NCBI GenBank assembly: GCA_002839355.1
Contig: PGXW01000010.1
Coordinates: 11,057-75,056 of the forward strand
Direction of reading: 5' to 3'
From: Spirochaetae bacterium HGW-Spirochaetae-2
Lineage (GTDB): Bacteria > Spirochaetota > Spirochaetia > Sphaerochaetales > Sphaerochaetaceae
Length of the DNA stretch: 64,000 nt
The notes beneath the pieces were generated by a model. The model saw nothing but the letters and a program-made list of their open reading frames with translations. It made no database searches and was not told the origin of the DNA. Each line of letters starts with the position of its first letter. Within the stretch, counting starts at the first letter, position 1. Made by a program: the position numbers and the translations under genes. This document shows, one piece after another, positions 37,767 through 48,339 of this stretch.

Positions 37767-38894
37767 ATGAAATTCCTACGTATCACGACACCCGTACTGT
37801 TGGCCCTGTGTTCACTCCTTCCCCTTTCGGCAGCTGCCGATACGGTGGTCGATCTGAATCTCTACCATGTGATGCAGGTGCGTGATACGGGGGAGGAGGT
37901 CTCTTCGCTGTACACCATGGCTGGAGAGGCATCGGTTTCGTTCAAGTCTCCCAACGAGGGCAATGTGCGAGGAGATGTTGCCCTCTCGATAGTCGACATG
38001 TTCAAATCGGGTAATTGGATTCCGGTTGTTCAAATCGACCGGGCATATCTGCGGGTACGCTTTCCTTCCTTCCGCCTCACAGCGGGAAAGACGCGTGTCG
38101 GTTGGGGCGACGGAATGCTATTCAATGCGGCCGACGTGTTGTTCGGCAGCACCGATACGGGGGTCAACCTGCAGGACCAGGAGTTACGCACGTCGACAAA
38201 GTGGCTCACCTCGGTGAATATCCCCTTGGGTGCGTTTTCGTTTGTCGAAGCTGTCGTGGTTCCTCCCGAGGACCTCGCCGATGCGGAATTATGGAAGACC
38301 ACCCTTGGAGCCCGCTACTACACGACAGTGGGCAGCATGAAGGTCGAGACGGGGGCTGCGTATCGGGCGGACCATACCAGTGGCAATCCGACCGGCCAAG
38401 TAGTGTCTCCCTACATCGCTTTGCAGGGGAACGTCGGGGCAGACTGGTATGTGGCGACTTCAGCGAACCTGGCCTATCCCGAGGATATTGCCGAGGAGTT
38501 GAAGGATTCGTGGATGCTCAGCGCCGGGCTATTCCACCTCGTGAATGTGGGGTGGCAAGGGACCCTCTCCTTCCGCCTGGAGACACTGGTGCGTCCGTTC
38601 GGAGACTGGGAAGCCACAAACGAAGCAGACAAGAACTATGGTTTGTATCTCTATCCGGAAATCTCCTATGCCCCGAGCGACACGTGGAGTCTCAGTCTCC
38701 GCTCGATCGTGTCACCTCTGGATATGAGCGCTGTGGTCATGGTCGGTGGCAGCTGGAACGTATTGCAGGGCTTCAGCTTCAACGGCTATGTGACAGCGAA
38801 TGCGGGAGAATCGGACGATGCCTTCCCGTGGCAATCAGCCAGTGCACTGTCACCTTCGGTCTCGGCGACAGTGGGGATGTCGTGGGTGTATTGA
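37767..38894 (+). CDS. secreted hypothetical protein, putative outer-membrane beta-barrel
   Basis: Signal peptide MKFLRITTPVLLALCSLLPLSAAA. Alternating amphipathic stretches and an aromatic C-terminal end (SWVY). Last gene of the operon. Confidence 0.5.
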   Translation: MKFLRITTPVLLALCSLLPLSAAADTVVDLNLYHVMQVRDTGEEVSSLYTMAGEASVSFKSPNEGNVRGDVALSIVDMFKSGNWIPVVQIDRAYLRVRFPSFRLTAGKTRVGWGDGMLFNAADVLFGSTDTGVNLQDQELRTSTKWLTSVNIPLGAFSFVEAVVVPPEDLADAELWKTTLGARYYTTVGSMKVETGAAYRADHTSGNPTGQVVSPYIALQGNVGADWYVATSANLAYPEDIAEELKDSWMLSAGLFHLVNVGWQGTLSFRLETLVRPFGDWEATNEADKNYGLYLYPEISYAPSDTWSLSLRSIVSPLDMSAVVMVGGSWNVLQGFSFNGYVTANAGESDDAFPWQSASALSPSVSATVGMSWVY

Positions 38895-38895
38895 A

Positions 38896-39627
38896 CTACT
38901 CGACAACCCAGTCCGTATAGACCTGGCAGAATCCACCGGGGAAACCAGTTGGAGTTCCAGTAGCCTTGATCAATATCTGTTTCCCACGGTCTTGGCTTGT
39001 CGTCGTGTAGGACTCAGTCGTCTCTCCAACGATCAGTTCCTCCTGTTCCCAATTGTTCGGATCAACCCTGTACCATTGGTACGTGAGACAATCGTCAATT
39101 TGTGTATCTTCCGAATCTACAACGGTAAAAGTTGCCACAAGACCACATCCGACATTGGGAAACATTATGCCAGTATTTGCCATCGAATAATCTAGACTCC
39201 AAGAAATATCGGCAACAATCGTACATTTTGTTGCAAACACCTTGTTGGACACTTCACCATCGAATTCGCCACCAGTTATCGCGAGTCGGAACCAGCCTTC
39301 GTCATCAGGTATAGTCACCCCATAACCAGAAGCGTCAGTCTGAGTGCCAGTTTCCAAAATTCCACTTCCCCCATCGAAATTTACGAAAGTATCGTCTGCC
39401 CCCGTTTGTGAATACTGAACAGTATATCCCGTAGCTCCAAACTCCTCTGGTGTAGCAAACCAAAGGAAAACTTCTGAACTACCGTAAGTATAGTCACTTT
39501 CTTCGTAGTACAGCAAATTCTTGGGATTTAACTCAACCTCGGGCAAATCCGACGAGCCGGTAAGCTCACAACCCATTGCAGTCACCAACACAACCATGCC
39601 CAAGAGAAATAACCATACCTTTTTCAT
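38896..39627 (-). CDS. hypothetical lipoprotein
   Basis: Signal peptide with lipobox TAMGCE. Acidic, Thr/Gly-rich mature part. Start MKKVWLF. Confidence 0.6.
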   Translation of the reverse strand: MKKVWLFLLGMVVLVTAMGCELTGSSDLPEVELNPKNLLYYEESDYTYGSSEVFLWFATPEEFGATGYTVQYSQTGADDTFVNFDGGSGILETGTQTDASGYGVTIPDDEGWFRLAITGGEFDGEVSNKVFATKCTIVADISWSLDYSMANTGIMFPNVGCGLVATFTVVDSEDTQIDDCLTYQWYRVDPNNWEQEELIVGETTESYTTTSQDRGKQILIKATGTPTGFPGGFCQVYTDWVVE

Positions 39628-39761
39628 ACCTATTCCCCTCACAATTTATTGGCAATTTTTATGCCTGTACTATGTATAACACAGAACACAATGATAAATG
39701 ACAATTATTTTGTCATATTAATTGACATTCTAAGAGGTTTTATATGTGGGAATTATACTTT

Positions 39762-42440
39762 CTACCGGTTGAGCAGATCCATGAAACCTTTTTCATCGAC
39801 AGCGCGGGAGAAGAGGAAGCCCTGATATGCCGAGACACCCAAGGATTTTAGGAATTCCAGTTGTTCGAACGACTCTATCCCTTCAACCAGGACAGGAATC
39901 GCCAATTCCTTGGCCATACCAACCATAGCCTTGAGAATAACGCCATCGTCGTTTCCAGGATAATCCTTTATGAACGACCTGTCGATCTTCAATGTATCGA
40001 CATCCAATTCATGCAAATAGCTGAGAGAAGAGAAACCCGTGCCGAAATCATCGATTGCTACCTGGATTTTCTCATCGTGCAACTCTTCGAGCACCGAGTT
40101 CGCTGCCTCTAGGTCGGTAAGCAAGGTCCGTTCGGTCAATTCGATCATCAGACGATCATGGTCGACCCCATAGGATTTCAAGGTACGCACCATGTGGGGA
40201 ACCAAGTCCGCATCCTGCAGTTCGGTCGGACAGAGGTTCATGGATATCCCGATTTGGGAAAAACTCTTCTCCTGCAACTCATTCAGGAAACATACCACTT
40301 GTTCAACGACATACTTGCCCAGACTCCGTTCCAAATGGTTCTGCTCGACAATCGGAATGAACTCTACGGGAGAAAGAGCACCGAGAGTCGGGTGGTTCCA
40401 GCGAATCAACGCTTCCGCACCACGGATCATATTCGTCGAGACATCCACAACCGGCTGGAAATTCACTTTAAGCTGTCGCTTTGCCAACGCTCCGGGAAAG
40501 GCCTGCAGGATCGCATAGTAGCGGAGCAAATGCTCATCGACCGTCTTGTCATACACCAATGCTCCATTTCGTTCGAAATGATCCTGCGCGGCGAGCGCCA
40601 TCCGACACTGGCGGAGCATGGCCGCAGCATCGGGACAGAAAGGGGAAGCTGCGGAAACACCGCTGCGAATCCGTACCAATTGTTTCTTATCGCGCAATCC
40701 AAACGGTTCATCGAACACTTTCTGGACCATCGCGATTTCCTTCGGATCGGTGTGATCGGATACATGCATGGCTAGAAGGAACGTATCGGGTGAATACTGG
40801 ATCATCAGATCGTCTTTCTGCAATGCCTGTGCGATGCGTTCACGTATCTGTGCTCCCAATACATAATGCTCGTCAAGCGAATATTGCGCCTCGATCAAAT
40901 CGATATTCAGTAATTTCAAGTAGACCGACACAAATCCTTTGTCCCGACTTTTCTTCGTTTCCAACAACTGCAAAGGATAGATATCCATTTCATTTGTCGA
41001 TTGATCCTGCGCAAGCACCATCTTCTCAAACGATTCCTTGGAAAGATTCCTGGGATTCGAATAGAGTTCGACGGTATGAATGGCATGGCCTTGGTTGTTC
41101 GAGATACTACTCACACTCAAATGGGTCAGGGCGCAGTGGCGTTTGCCAATTACCCAAAGAAACCCTTGCCAGGATTCGATCGATTGGTTCTGGACCGATG
41201 CGAGTCGCATGACCTTTGCAGATTCGAATTCCTCACCAGACAGGGCCCGGATATCATGCATTCCCGAAAGGATCTCATCGTTCGAGAAACCAGTCATGGA
41301 TTCGAAGGTCCGGTTGCAGTAGGTGACCTGCATCATGGTATCGGTGATAACCACCCCGTCGTGCGATTGGTCGGAGACGAGATTGCTTACCGCCAGCAGT
41401 TCACGGTCGTTCCGCCTGAAATAGGCCAACAGGTTTATGAACCCACCCAGCAGCAGGATCAACACAGCCAGTACCCATCGAAGCGGACGATTGCGCAAGA
41501 GAAACGAATCCTCGAGTACCGTAACATCGTCGTCGGCAAACGACATGACTCCGACAAGAAAATGTGGATGTGTCTCATAGAACGCACTGGCATCAGCAAA
41601 TGGATCGAACGAATGAAAGTGGTAATTCATTCCGTTCATTGAGGCTTCCCCAAAATTTGAACGCACTATCTGATTCCACAATTCGGGAGCCTCCCGAACC
41701 AATGGGTTTTCCTGGGAATCATAGGAACGCATATGGGAACCGTCGGTACGTAGAATCCAATTCCCCTTGCTATCGGCAAGCCCGTAGCGGATCTCGCTCG
41801 GATGGTCGATCAAGAATCGTTCTATCATGGACAAGATATGGTTCCCATCCACCAGCATGCTTATGGTGGCGGAAACTGCTCCGGCTGTATAGACAGGTAT
41901 TGAAGTCCCAATGACCGGAATCTTCGTACCACCATTTGCCAGTGGTACAACGTATGTCAATGGAGAGAAGTAGAATCCCTGCTCTGGAGCAAGTACTACA
42001 TTGGACACCATCTCATACCAGATTCCTGGAAAGGGGACTGTCCCGTAAACGGTTGATCGAATACCACCAAAGGCTGTGAGACCGAATATCGGCTCTCCAG
42101 AATCGCTTCCAAGCGACAATCCATTGATATAGGGGCGATTGTCGGACATCCGCGTGAAGAAAGCCTCCACTTCCTTGCGGTTCATATCCGAAGGGTCGGC
42201 AAGATAATTGACCATTTCGTTGGAATTGCGGATCAAGTGCAACGTCGAATAGTACTCCTCGAATACATTGTTGACCATGTATTCCATGAGCTTCAGGTGC
42301 CCCGTATGTTCCGAGATAACCTTTTCACGGGCGTTCTGCTGTTCGAGCGTGACCAGCTGGGCATACATGAAGAGGAAAAGGACCGCTATAGGTAGTATGA
42401 CGAGAAATCGCTTGGTGATATTCCAAATCAATCGCTTCAT
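39762..42440 (-). CDS. periplasmic-sensor PAS / degenerate GGDEF / EAL c-di-GMP phosphodiesterase
   Basis: 892 aa. TM1, a ~270-aa periplasmic domain, TM2, then a PAS region. No GGDEF motif is present in the GGDEF-like region. EAL motifs EALIRW, DDFGTGFSSLSYL and LKIDRSFI. Confidence 0.8.
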   Translation of the reverse strand: MKRLIWNITKRFLVILPIAVLFLFMYAQLVTLEQQNAREKVISEHTGHLKLMEYMVNNVFEEYYSTLHLIRNSNEMVNYLADPSDMNRKEVEAFFTRMSDNRPYINGLSLGSDSGEPIFGLTAFGGIRSTVYGTVPFPGIWYEMVSNVVLAPEQGFYFSPLTYVVPLANGGTKIPVIGTSIPVYTAGAVSATISMLVDGNHILSMIERFLIDHPSEIRYGLADSKGNWILRTDGSHMRSYDSQENPLVREAPELWNQIVRSNFGEASMNGMNYHFHSFDPFADASAFYETHPHFLVGVMSFADDDVTVLEDSFLLRNRPLRWVLAVLILLLGGFINLLAYFRRNDRELLAVSNLVSDQSHDGVVITDTMMQVTYCNRTFESMTGFSNDEILSGMHDIRALSGEEFESAKVMRLASVQNQSIESWQGFLWVIGKRHCALTHLSVSSISNNQGHAIHTVELYSNPRNLSKESFEKMVLAQDQSTNEMDIYPLQLLETKKSRDKGFVSVYLKLLNIDLIEAQYSLDEHYVLGAQIRERIAQALQKDDLMIQYSPDTFLLAMHVSDHTDPKEIAMVQKVFDEPFGLRDKKQLVRIRSGVSAASPFCPDAAAMLRQCRMALAAQDHFERNGALVYDKTVDEHLLRYYAILQAFPGALAKRQLKVNFQPVVDVSTNMIRGAEALIRWNHPTLGALSPVEFIPIVEQNHLERSLGKYVVEQVVCFLNELQEKSFSQIGISMNLCPTELQDADLVPHMVRTLKSYGVDHDRLMIELTERTLLTDLEAANSVLEELHDEKIQVAIDDFGTGFSSLSYLHELDVDTLKIDRSFIKDYPGNDDGVILKAMVGMAKELAIPVLVEGIESFEQLEFLKSLGVSAYQGFLFSRAVDEKGFMDLLNR

Positions 42441-42490
42441 TATCAGCCTATTCTACAGCATCTATGTGCCGTCTACAATCATTGTTTCCC

Positions 42491-42883
42491 TTACCTTTCT
42501 TTGGTTGTCAGCAGCCGAACGAGAGCAACCAGAAGAACTCCCCAGAGGAGTACGATAACAACTGTTCCGATGTAGCGGTAGACCAAGGGCACCGACACTC
42601 CGTTTTCAGTTTGTGCCTTGCATTCCTCCCAGATGTGTTTCGGAATAATCTTTATCGCAATCGCAATTCCCAACGGAATCAGTATCAGGTCGTCGAGCAG
42701 TCCCAGGATTGGAATGAAATCCGGAATGAGGTCGATCGGGCTCATTGCATACGAGATGACAAAAATCAGCCACACTTTCGCATACCAAGGTGTCTCAGGG
42801 TGGGCATAGGCAAGAAACACGATATCAATCTGCTTCTTCAGCTGGCTTGCCTTGAGCCGCAATGTCTTCAACATGGGTCCCAT
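42491..42883 (-). CDS. DUF1232 (YkvA-like) membrane protein
   Basis: Conserved block YAKVWLIFVISYAMSPIDLIPDFIPILGLLDDLILIPLGI. Start ambiguous among 42874, 42883 and 42943. Confidence 0.6.
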   Translation of the reverse strand: MGPMLKTLRLKASQLKKQIDIVFLAYAHPETPWYAKVWLIFVISYAMSPIDLIPDFIPILGLLDDLILIPLGIAIAIKIIPKHIWEECKAQTENGVSVPLVYRYIGTVVIVLLWGVLLVALVRLLTTKER

Positions 42884-42985
42884 GTATGGAGTAGTGGCTT
42901 GTTCTCGTCCAGTATCCACAATTGAAATCGAACAGGTCCCCATGATACAATGCGCCCACCCGGATTGGTAAAAGGATTCGACACA

Positions 42986-44167
42986 ATGCATCCAGCCCTC
43001 CTCTTCGCCGCCTTCTTCTTTTTTGCTGTCGCATACAACCTGCTTGGCCCATTGGCGACCAATATCATGGCTTCGACCGGATTGAGTCTGACAGACTCGG
43101 GTACGTTGGTCAGTTCGCAACAACTGGGCGCGATCATATCCATGATCCTCTCGCTATTGGTCATGAAACGGTTCAGACAAAGTACGGTAGCCCGGATCGG
43201 CTATAGTGCCATGGCCATCGCCCTGGGAGCAATTGCGGTCTCGAGTGGGAGCATCCTGCTATTCATCTTCTATATGGTCATAGGATTCGGATCGTTTTTG
43301 ATAGACAGCGGCTCCAATGCTGCCCTCGCAAGCGATTACTATGAAAAGCGCTCGTTGTATGTCCCGTTGCTGCACTTCTGTTATAGCGCCGGGGCGATCG
43401 CAACCGGGTATCTGATCCTTCCCTTCAAGGGCCCTTCGTGGCGTTGGGCATATGGGGTGGTCGGTATCGTGTTGGCCGTGATCGTGGTTTTAAGCCTGCT
43501 GAGCCAGCGGGCGCGTGACAACAAGAAGCAAGCCAATCGCCTGGAACAGGGGAGTCAGGCGATTGAAGAAGTACAGGTAGGTCCTATCAGCGCACTGTTG
43601 AAGGACAAGGCCTTCATCCTGTATACATTGGTGATCATGTTCTACATGGGAAGCCAGATCGTATGTTCGGCTTGGATTCCGGTCTATGTCGAAACCGAAC
43701 TTGCACAACCCGCCGCCATCACGGCTACATCCCTTACCGTGTTTTGGATCGGCACCGCGATTTCCCGATTGATAATAGGGCCGGTCATGAATAAAGGTGG
43801 AAAACCCTTCCTGCTCTCGATAATCGGCATGCTGCTGGCAGGCCTGTCCCTGGCGGGTGCGACCATGACAACCAATATCGTGTGGGTACTTGTGTTCGTC
43901 GCACTTTGCGGATTCTTCGCTGGTTCCACCATCCCCATGTACATCGTCGTGACCTCGACATGGTTTCCACAGAACACCGCATTCATCTCGTTGTCCTACA
44001 TCGTGGCAGGAACGGTCGGACGGATGATATTCCCATGGTTGGTCACCGAGATTGCTTCGGTAACCAACCTGGGGTATGCACTGTTGGTAAGCAGCCTCAT
44101 GCTGTTCATCTCCACCATACTCATCTTCATGGTGCAACGGATCAGCCGGGACCGTATCTCCTTCTAG
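42986..44167 (+). CDS. MFS transporter
   Basis: About 12 hydrophobic helices. Start MHPALLF. Confidence 0.75.
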   Translation: MHPALLFAAFFFFAVAYNLLGPLATNIMASTGLSLTDSGTLVSSQQLGAIISMILSLLVMKRFRQSTVARIGYSAMAIALGAIAVSSGSILLFIFYMVIGFGSFLIDSGSNAALASDYYEKRSLYVPLLHFCYSAGAIATGYLILPFKGPSWRWAYGVVGIVLAVIVVLSLLSQRARDNKKQANRLEQGSQAIEEVQVGPISALLKDKAFILYTLVIMFYMGSQIVCSAWIPVYVETELAQPAAITATSLTVFWIGTAISRLIIGPVMNKGGKPFLLSIIGMLLAGLSLAGATMTTNIVWVLVFVALCGFFAGSTIPMYIVVTSTWFPQNTAFISLSYIVAGTVGRMIFPWLVTEIASVTNLGYALLVSSLMLFISTILIFMVQRISRDRISF

Positions 44168-45280
44168 TTAGAGGACCTGCCGTTCAGTGCGCTCCAACTC
44201 GATTTCCTGCGACTCCTTCGCATACCACCGTGGATTCTTGAAATGGATGAAGCAATCGCTTCCTTCGGGGAACACATTGGCATGCGAGGTGTGTATCCGG
44301 ATCGATTGCTTGCCGATTCTGATGTGGTACTCGATACAGAAGGTCATGTAGAGCCGCTTTTCGATCTTCGCAGGGTACCCTCCATCCGCATCCATCGAAA
44401 TATCGATTTCATTCGGTCGCGAGGCAAGCAGACCATCACCATCGGCTACACCTTTGGGCAGCTTGAATGGAATCGGCATGACGGCCCCCCCTTTCGGAAA
44501 GACATTGCCCTTCACCGCCTCCACCTTCAGGAAATTCGACAAGCCGAGGAACCCATACACGAATTTGTTCGTTGGATTCTGGTACAGTTCGTCCGGTGCC
44601 CCAACTTGGACAATCTTGCCCAGATCCATGACCAGCATCCTGTCGGAGAGTGCCATGGCTTCCGATTGGTCATGCGTCACGAAGATGATGGTGAAATTGA
44701 ATTTCTTTTGCAGGGCCTTGATTTCGAACCGCATGGATTCACGCAGCTTGGGGTCAAGATTCGACAACGGCTCATCCAACAACATCACCCGAGGATTGGT
44801 CACAATCGATCGCGCCAGGGCGATACGTTGTTGTTGTCCACCGGACAGGTCCGAAGGATACACCCGCTGTGAACTGAGCAGGTCGGTGTGGGAAAGGGCT
44901 GAGAGCACACGTTCTCGGATCTCATGTTTCGGCAGTTTCATCACCCGCAAGGGAAAAGCCACATTCTCGAATACATTCAGGTGCGGCCATACGGCAAACG
45001 ATTGGAATACCATGCCCAAGCCTCTCTCCTCGGGAGGGACGTACAGATTTTTCGATTTGATGGAAACAGGCTTGTCTCCCAACCAAATCTCTCCTTCCGA
45101 AAGGTCCTCGAAACCGGCGATCATCCGCAAGGTCGTGGTTTTCCCGCATCCGGACGGTCCCAGGAAGGAGAAGCATTCCCCCTCCTTGATCGTCAGATTG
45201 AAATTGTCAACCGCGACAACCCGGTGCCCTCCACGGGTCACAAATTCCTTTGTTACGTTTTTCAGTGTTATCTGGCTCAT
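44168..45280 (-). CDS. ABC importer ATP-binding protein (PotA/FbpC-like) with C-terminal TOBE-like domain
   Basis: Walker A GPSGCGKTT, signature LSGGQQQRIALARS. Confidence 0.85.
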   Translation of the reverse strand: MSQITLKNVTKEFVTRGGHRVVAVDNFNLTIKEGECFSFLGPSGCGKTTTLRMIAGFEDLSEGEIWLGDKPVSIKSKNLYVPPEERGLGMVFQSFAVWPHLNVFENVAFPLRVMKLPKHEIRERVLSALSHTDLLSSQRVYPSDLSGGQQQRIALARSIVTNPRVMLLDEPLSNLDPKLRESMRFEIKALQKKFNFTIIFVTHDQSEAMALSDRMLVMDLGKIVQVGAPDELYQNPTNKFVYGFLGLSNFLKVEAVKGNVFPKGGAVMPIPFKLPKGVADGDGLLASRPNEIDISMDADGGYPAKIEKRLYMTFCIEYHIRIGKQSIRIHTSHANVFPEGSDCFIHFKNPRWYAKESQEIELERTERQVL

Positions 45281-47005
45281 TTACAACCCCTTTCGTTCTT
45301 TTGTGATAAATCGGAGGGCGAGGTTTCCCGCTACGATAATACCAATCGCCACAGTTGCCAAAGCAGAAGCCTGAACGGTATTGCCCTCGGAATTGATTGC
45401 ATAGATCGCAACTCCCAATGTCCGGGTGAACGGTCCATACAACAGTACGGAAGTAGTCAGTTCCCGCATGGCCGGAAGGAATATCAAGAAGAAACCGGCG
45501 ACCATACCCGGCCGAATCAACGGGAGGGTGATATCACGCAAGGATTCCAAGTGTGTCGCGCCACAGGAGCGTGCGGCCTCCTCCAAGGAATAGTGGACCT
45601 GCTCCAATGAAGCCGAAGCCGATTTCATCGCGAAGGAAACATACCGGGCAATATAGGCAATCAGGATAATCCAGATGGTATTGTAGAGGTTGACGCCGAA
45701 AGCACCGCTCCAGACCAGAATAACGCCGATAGCCAACACTATGCCTGGAATCGAGTACGGCAACAACGAGAGTATCTCCAGGAACCCCTTGCCCTTGGGT
45801 TTCACCTTGATGACCACATACGCGATCATTACACCGAGGAACATGGTGATGACACCCGAGGAAACCGATAGGAACAGGCTGTTCACAATCGAATCCTGGA
45901 CCATCTTCGATTGTCCGAGGATGTACTGGTAATTGCGCATCGTAAGATTTTCCAACTTCAACGGCAAGCCGTAGGCTTTGAGGAAACCGACGATGAGGAT
46001 CATGAACAACGGTACCACAACAATAACAAAGAGCGAGACCAAGCTGATCGAAAGCAATGGGATCTTCGCGCCACGAAGCTTGATCAACATGGGGCGCATG
46101 CTCTTTCCCTTGATGATATCGTAGTGGCCTGTCTTGAGCACCAATCGTTGCAGATACAATGCCGCGACCACGACAATGACAAGTAGGATTGAAAGCGATG
46201 CCCCTTCCCTGATTCCTTGGAAACTTCCAGCAGACCGGTTTATCAACTGGTATATCTTGGTCGGCAAGGTGAAGATGTTGTTCGAGAATCCCAGGATAGC
46301 CGGTACGCCGAAGTGGGACAACGACGATATCAATATCAGCATGGCACCTGCCGCGATCGCCGGCAAGACCAACGGGAGTGTGATCTTCCGAATCACGTAC
46401 CATTGGCCGGCTCCGGCAATCCGTGCCGATTCCTCAAGCGTAGGATCCATTCGCTCAAGTGCACTAACCACTTGGAGGAACACGAACGGGAAATAGTAAC
46501 AGGTCTCCACGAACACGATTCCACCGATGGTGTTTATGTTCAGCAATGGGGATGTTCCGCCGGTAAGCTGCATGAAGAGCTTGTTCACGTAGCCTGAACG
46601 TGGCGCCAGCATAAGGCTCCATGCCATGGCTCCAAAGAACGGAGGAAACATGTATGGAATGGTGAAGAGTGCTTTCATGACGCCCTTGAGGGGAATGTCG
46701 CTTCGGCCGATCAACCAAGCATAGAAGAGTCCCAATAGGGTGCCGAACACAGTCACCATGAATGCGATCCGTACGGTATTGATGATCGCCGAGAGGTTTT
46801 CCGGTGCCAGGACCACCTGGGTGAACAAACGCCAATCGAGTTGTGTTCCCTTGAAAAAGGTTCGGATCACAATCATGAGGATAGGAAAGAGGACTGTTAC
46901 GACCAGGATGAGAAGAGACAGGATGAACAAGCCTTGGTCAAGTCCGAAGCGCCGATCTCCCATGGCGGATTTCCTCTGGAACATATGTGTCAAAAAATAT
47001 TTCAT
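45281..47005 (-). CDS. ABC importer permease, fused double transmembrane domain (FbpB/ThiP-like)
   Basis: 574 aa with two homologous six-helix halves. Confidence 0.85.
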   Translation of the reverse strand: MKYFLTHMFQRKSAMGDRRFGLDQGLFILSLLILVVTVLFPILMIVIRTFFKGTQLDWRLFTQVVLAPENLSAIINTVRIAFMVTVFGTLLGLFYAWLIGRSDIPLKGVMKALFTIPYMFPPFFGAMAWSLMLAPRSGYVNKLFMQLTGGTSPLLNINTIGGIVFVETCYYFPFVFLQVVSALERMDPTLEESARIAGAGQWYVIRKITLPLVLPAIAAGAMLILISSLSHFGVPAILGFSNNIFTLPTKIYQLINRSAGSFQGIREGASLSILLVIVVVAALYLQRLVLKTGHYDIIKGKSMRPMLIKLRGAKIPLLSISLVSLFVIVVVPLFMILIVGFLKAYGLPLKLENLTMRNYQYILGQSKMVQDSIVNSLFLSVSSGVITMFLGVMIAYVVIKVKPKGKGFLEILSLLPYSIPGIVLAIGVILVWSGAFGVNLYNTIWIILIAYIARYVSFAMKSASASLEQVHYSLEEAARSCGATHLESLRDITLPLIRPGMVAGFFLIFLPAMRELTTSVLLYGPFTRTLGVAIYAINSEGNTVQASALATVAIGIIVAGNLALRFITKERKGL

Positions 47006-47029
47006 ACTAGTACTCCACTACTTCGGTTG

Positions 47030-48145
47030 TCAAAAGACAAACCGGGGATCTTGTGCGTCAGCCTCATACAACGAGGGGCTGAGAAACTCCACCGCCCTGA
47101 CAGAACCTTCTTCCGGGACGCCCCGGCGGAAAGCCTCCAGGGAATCTTCCTGGACCCGGATCTCGTGTCCACCGATATCGACGATATAGTCGAACTGGTT
47201 GCCAAGGTAGGTGACCCGTTGCACAACGCCCCTGACTACACCGACATCCGTTTCGGACAAGGGGGAAAGTCTGATATCCATGGGTCGGGAAGCCAACAAC
47301 AGGTTCGAACCAAAGGTTTTCGGGATATCGAAGAACGTATTTCCGATTGTCTGGGGTTCTGTCCTCGAGACAAGTCGGACCTGTTCCCGGTCCCTTACCA
47401 GTGGAAGGAAGTTGGAAACCCCGAGGAATGTGTACACATCGCGGTCTGTCGGATGGGTCCATATCTCTTCGGGAGTTCCCAACTGGCGAATTTTTCCAAC
47501 CTTATCCATGATCACCATCCTGTCCGATATGGTCATTGCGGTCTCCTGGTCATGGGTAATATAGATGACCGTCACACCGATGGTCTTCTGGAGATTGCGG
47601 ATCTCATAGGCCATTTCTTCCCTCAGTGTGGCGTCCAGGTTTGTGATCGGTTCATCCAACACGATCAGTTCCGCAGAAGAGACCAAGGCTCTCGCCAATG
47701 CAACCCGTTGTTGCTGTCCACCCGACAATTGCGATGGCAGCCGGTCGGCAAAATCGCTCATCTTGACTTGTGCCAAGGCTGCGTAGGCCCGTTCCTTTGC
47801 CTCGAGCTTGTTTACCTTTCGTTTCTTGAGCGGATAGATGATGTTCTCAATGACGGTGAGGTGTGGCCATACGGCATAATCTTGGAACACCACACCGATT
47901 CTCCGATTCTCCGGGGCGACCATGATCCGTTTTGCTGGAGAGGAAACGACGGTATCCTTGATTACAATCTCTCCGTGCGAAATCTTGATGAATCCACAGA
48001 GCGCCCGCATGAGGGTCGTCTTGCCGCAACTCGAAGGACCGACGATGGCCAGGTTCTCACCTTTCTCAACCTCAAGCGACAACCCTTCGATTACGACATT
48101 CTTCCCATATTGAACGGTGACGTCTTTCATTGCGACAATCGCCAT
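47030..48145 (-). CDS. second ABC importer ATP-binding protein (PotA/FbpC-like)
   Basis: Walker A GPSSCGKTT, signature LSGGQQQRVALARAL. A second ATPase in the same operon. Confidence 0.85.
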   Translation of the reverse strand: MAIVAMKDVTVQYGKNVVIEGLSLEVEKGENLAIVGPSSCGKTTLMRALCGFIKISHGEIVIKDTVVSSPAKRIMVAPENRRIGVVFQDYAVWPHLTVIENIIYPLKKRKVNKLEAKERAYAALAQVKMSDFADRLPSQLSGGQQQRVALARALVSSAELIVLDEPITNLDATLREEMAYEIRNLQKTIGVTVIYITHDQETAMTISDRMVIMDKVGKIRQLGTPEEIWTHPTDRDVYTFLGVSNFLPLVRDREQVRLVSRTEPQTIGNTFFDIPKTFGSNLLLASRPMDIRLSPLSETDVGVVRGVVQRVTYLGNQFDYIVDIGGHEIRVQEDSLEAFRRGVPEEGSVRAVEFLSPSLYEADAQDPRFVF

Positions 48146-48339
48146 ACGTATGCCTCCTAATGAGTTTTGGTAGCGGCTCCAAGGCAGACTTGGAACCGCA
48201 CTTTGATACTATGGTCGGGGTACTCTTTACTCCCATATGGAGCGAGTGCAGGGAACAAAAGGTGCAATACCCCACCCCTTGAGGCCGGCAAGAGGCGAAT
48301 CCTCGTGGATTCGGCTCTTGCCCGGGGTATCGGTACCTT

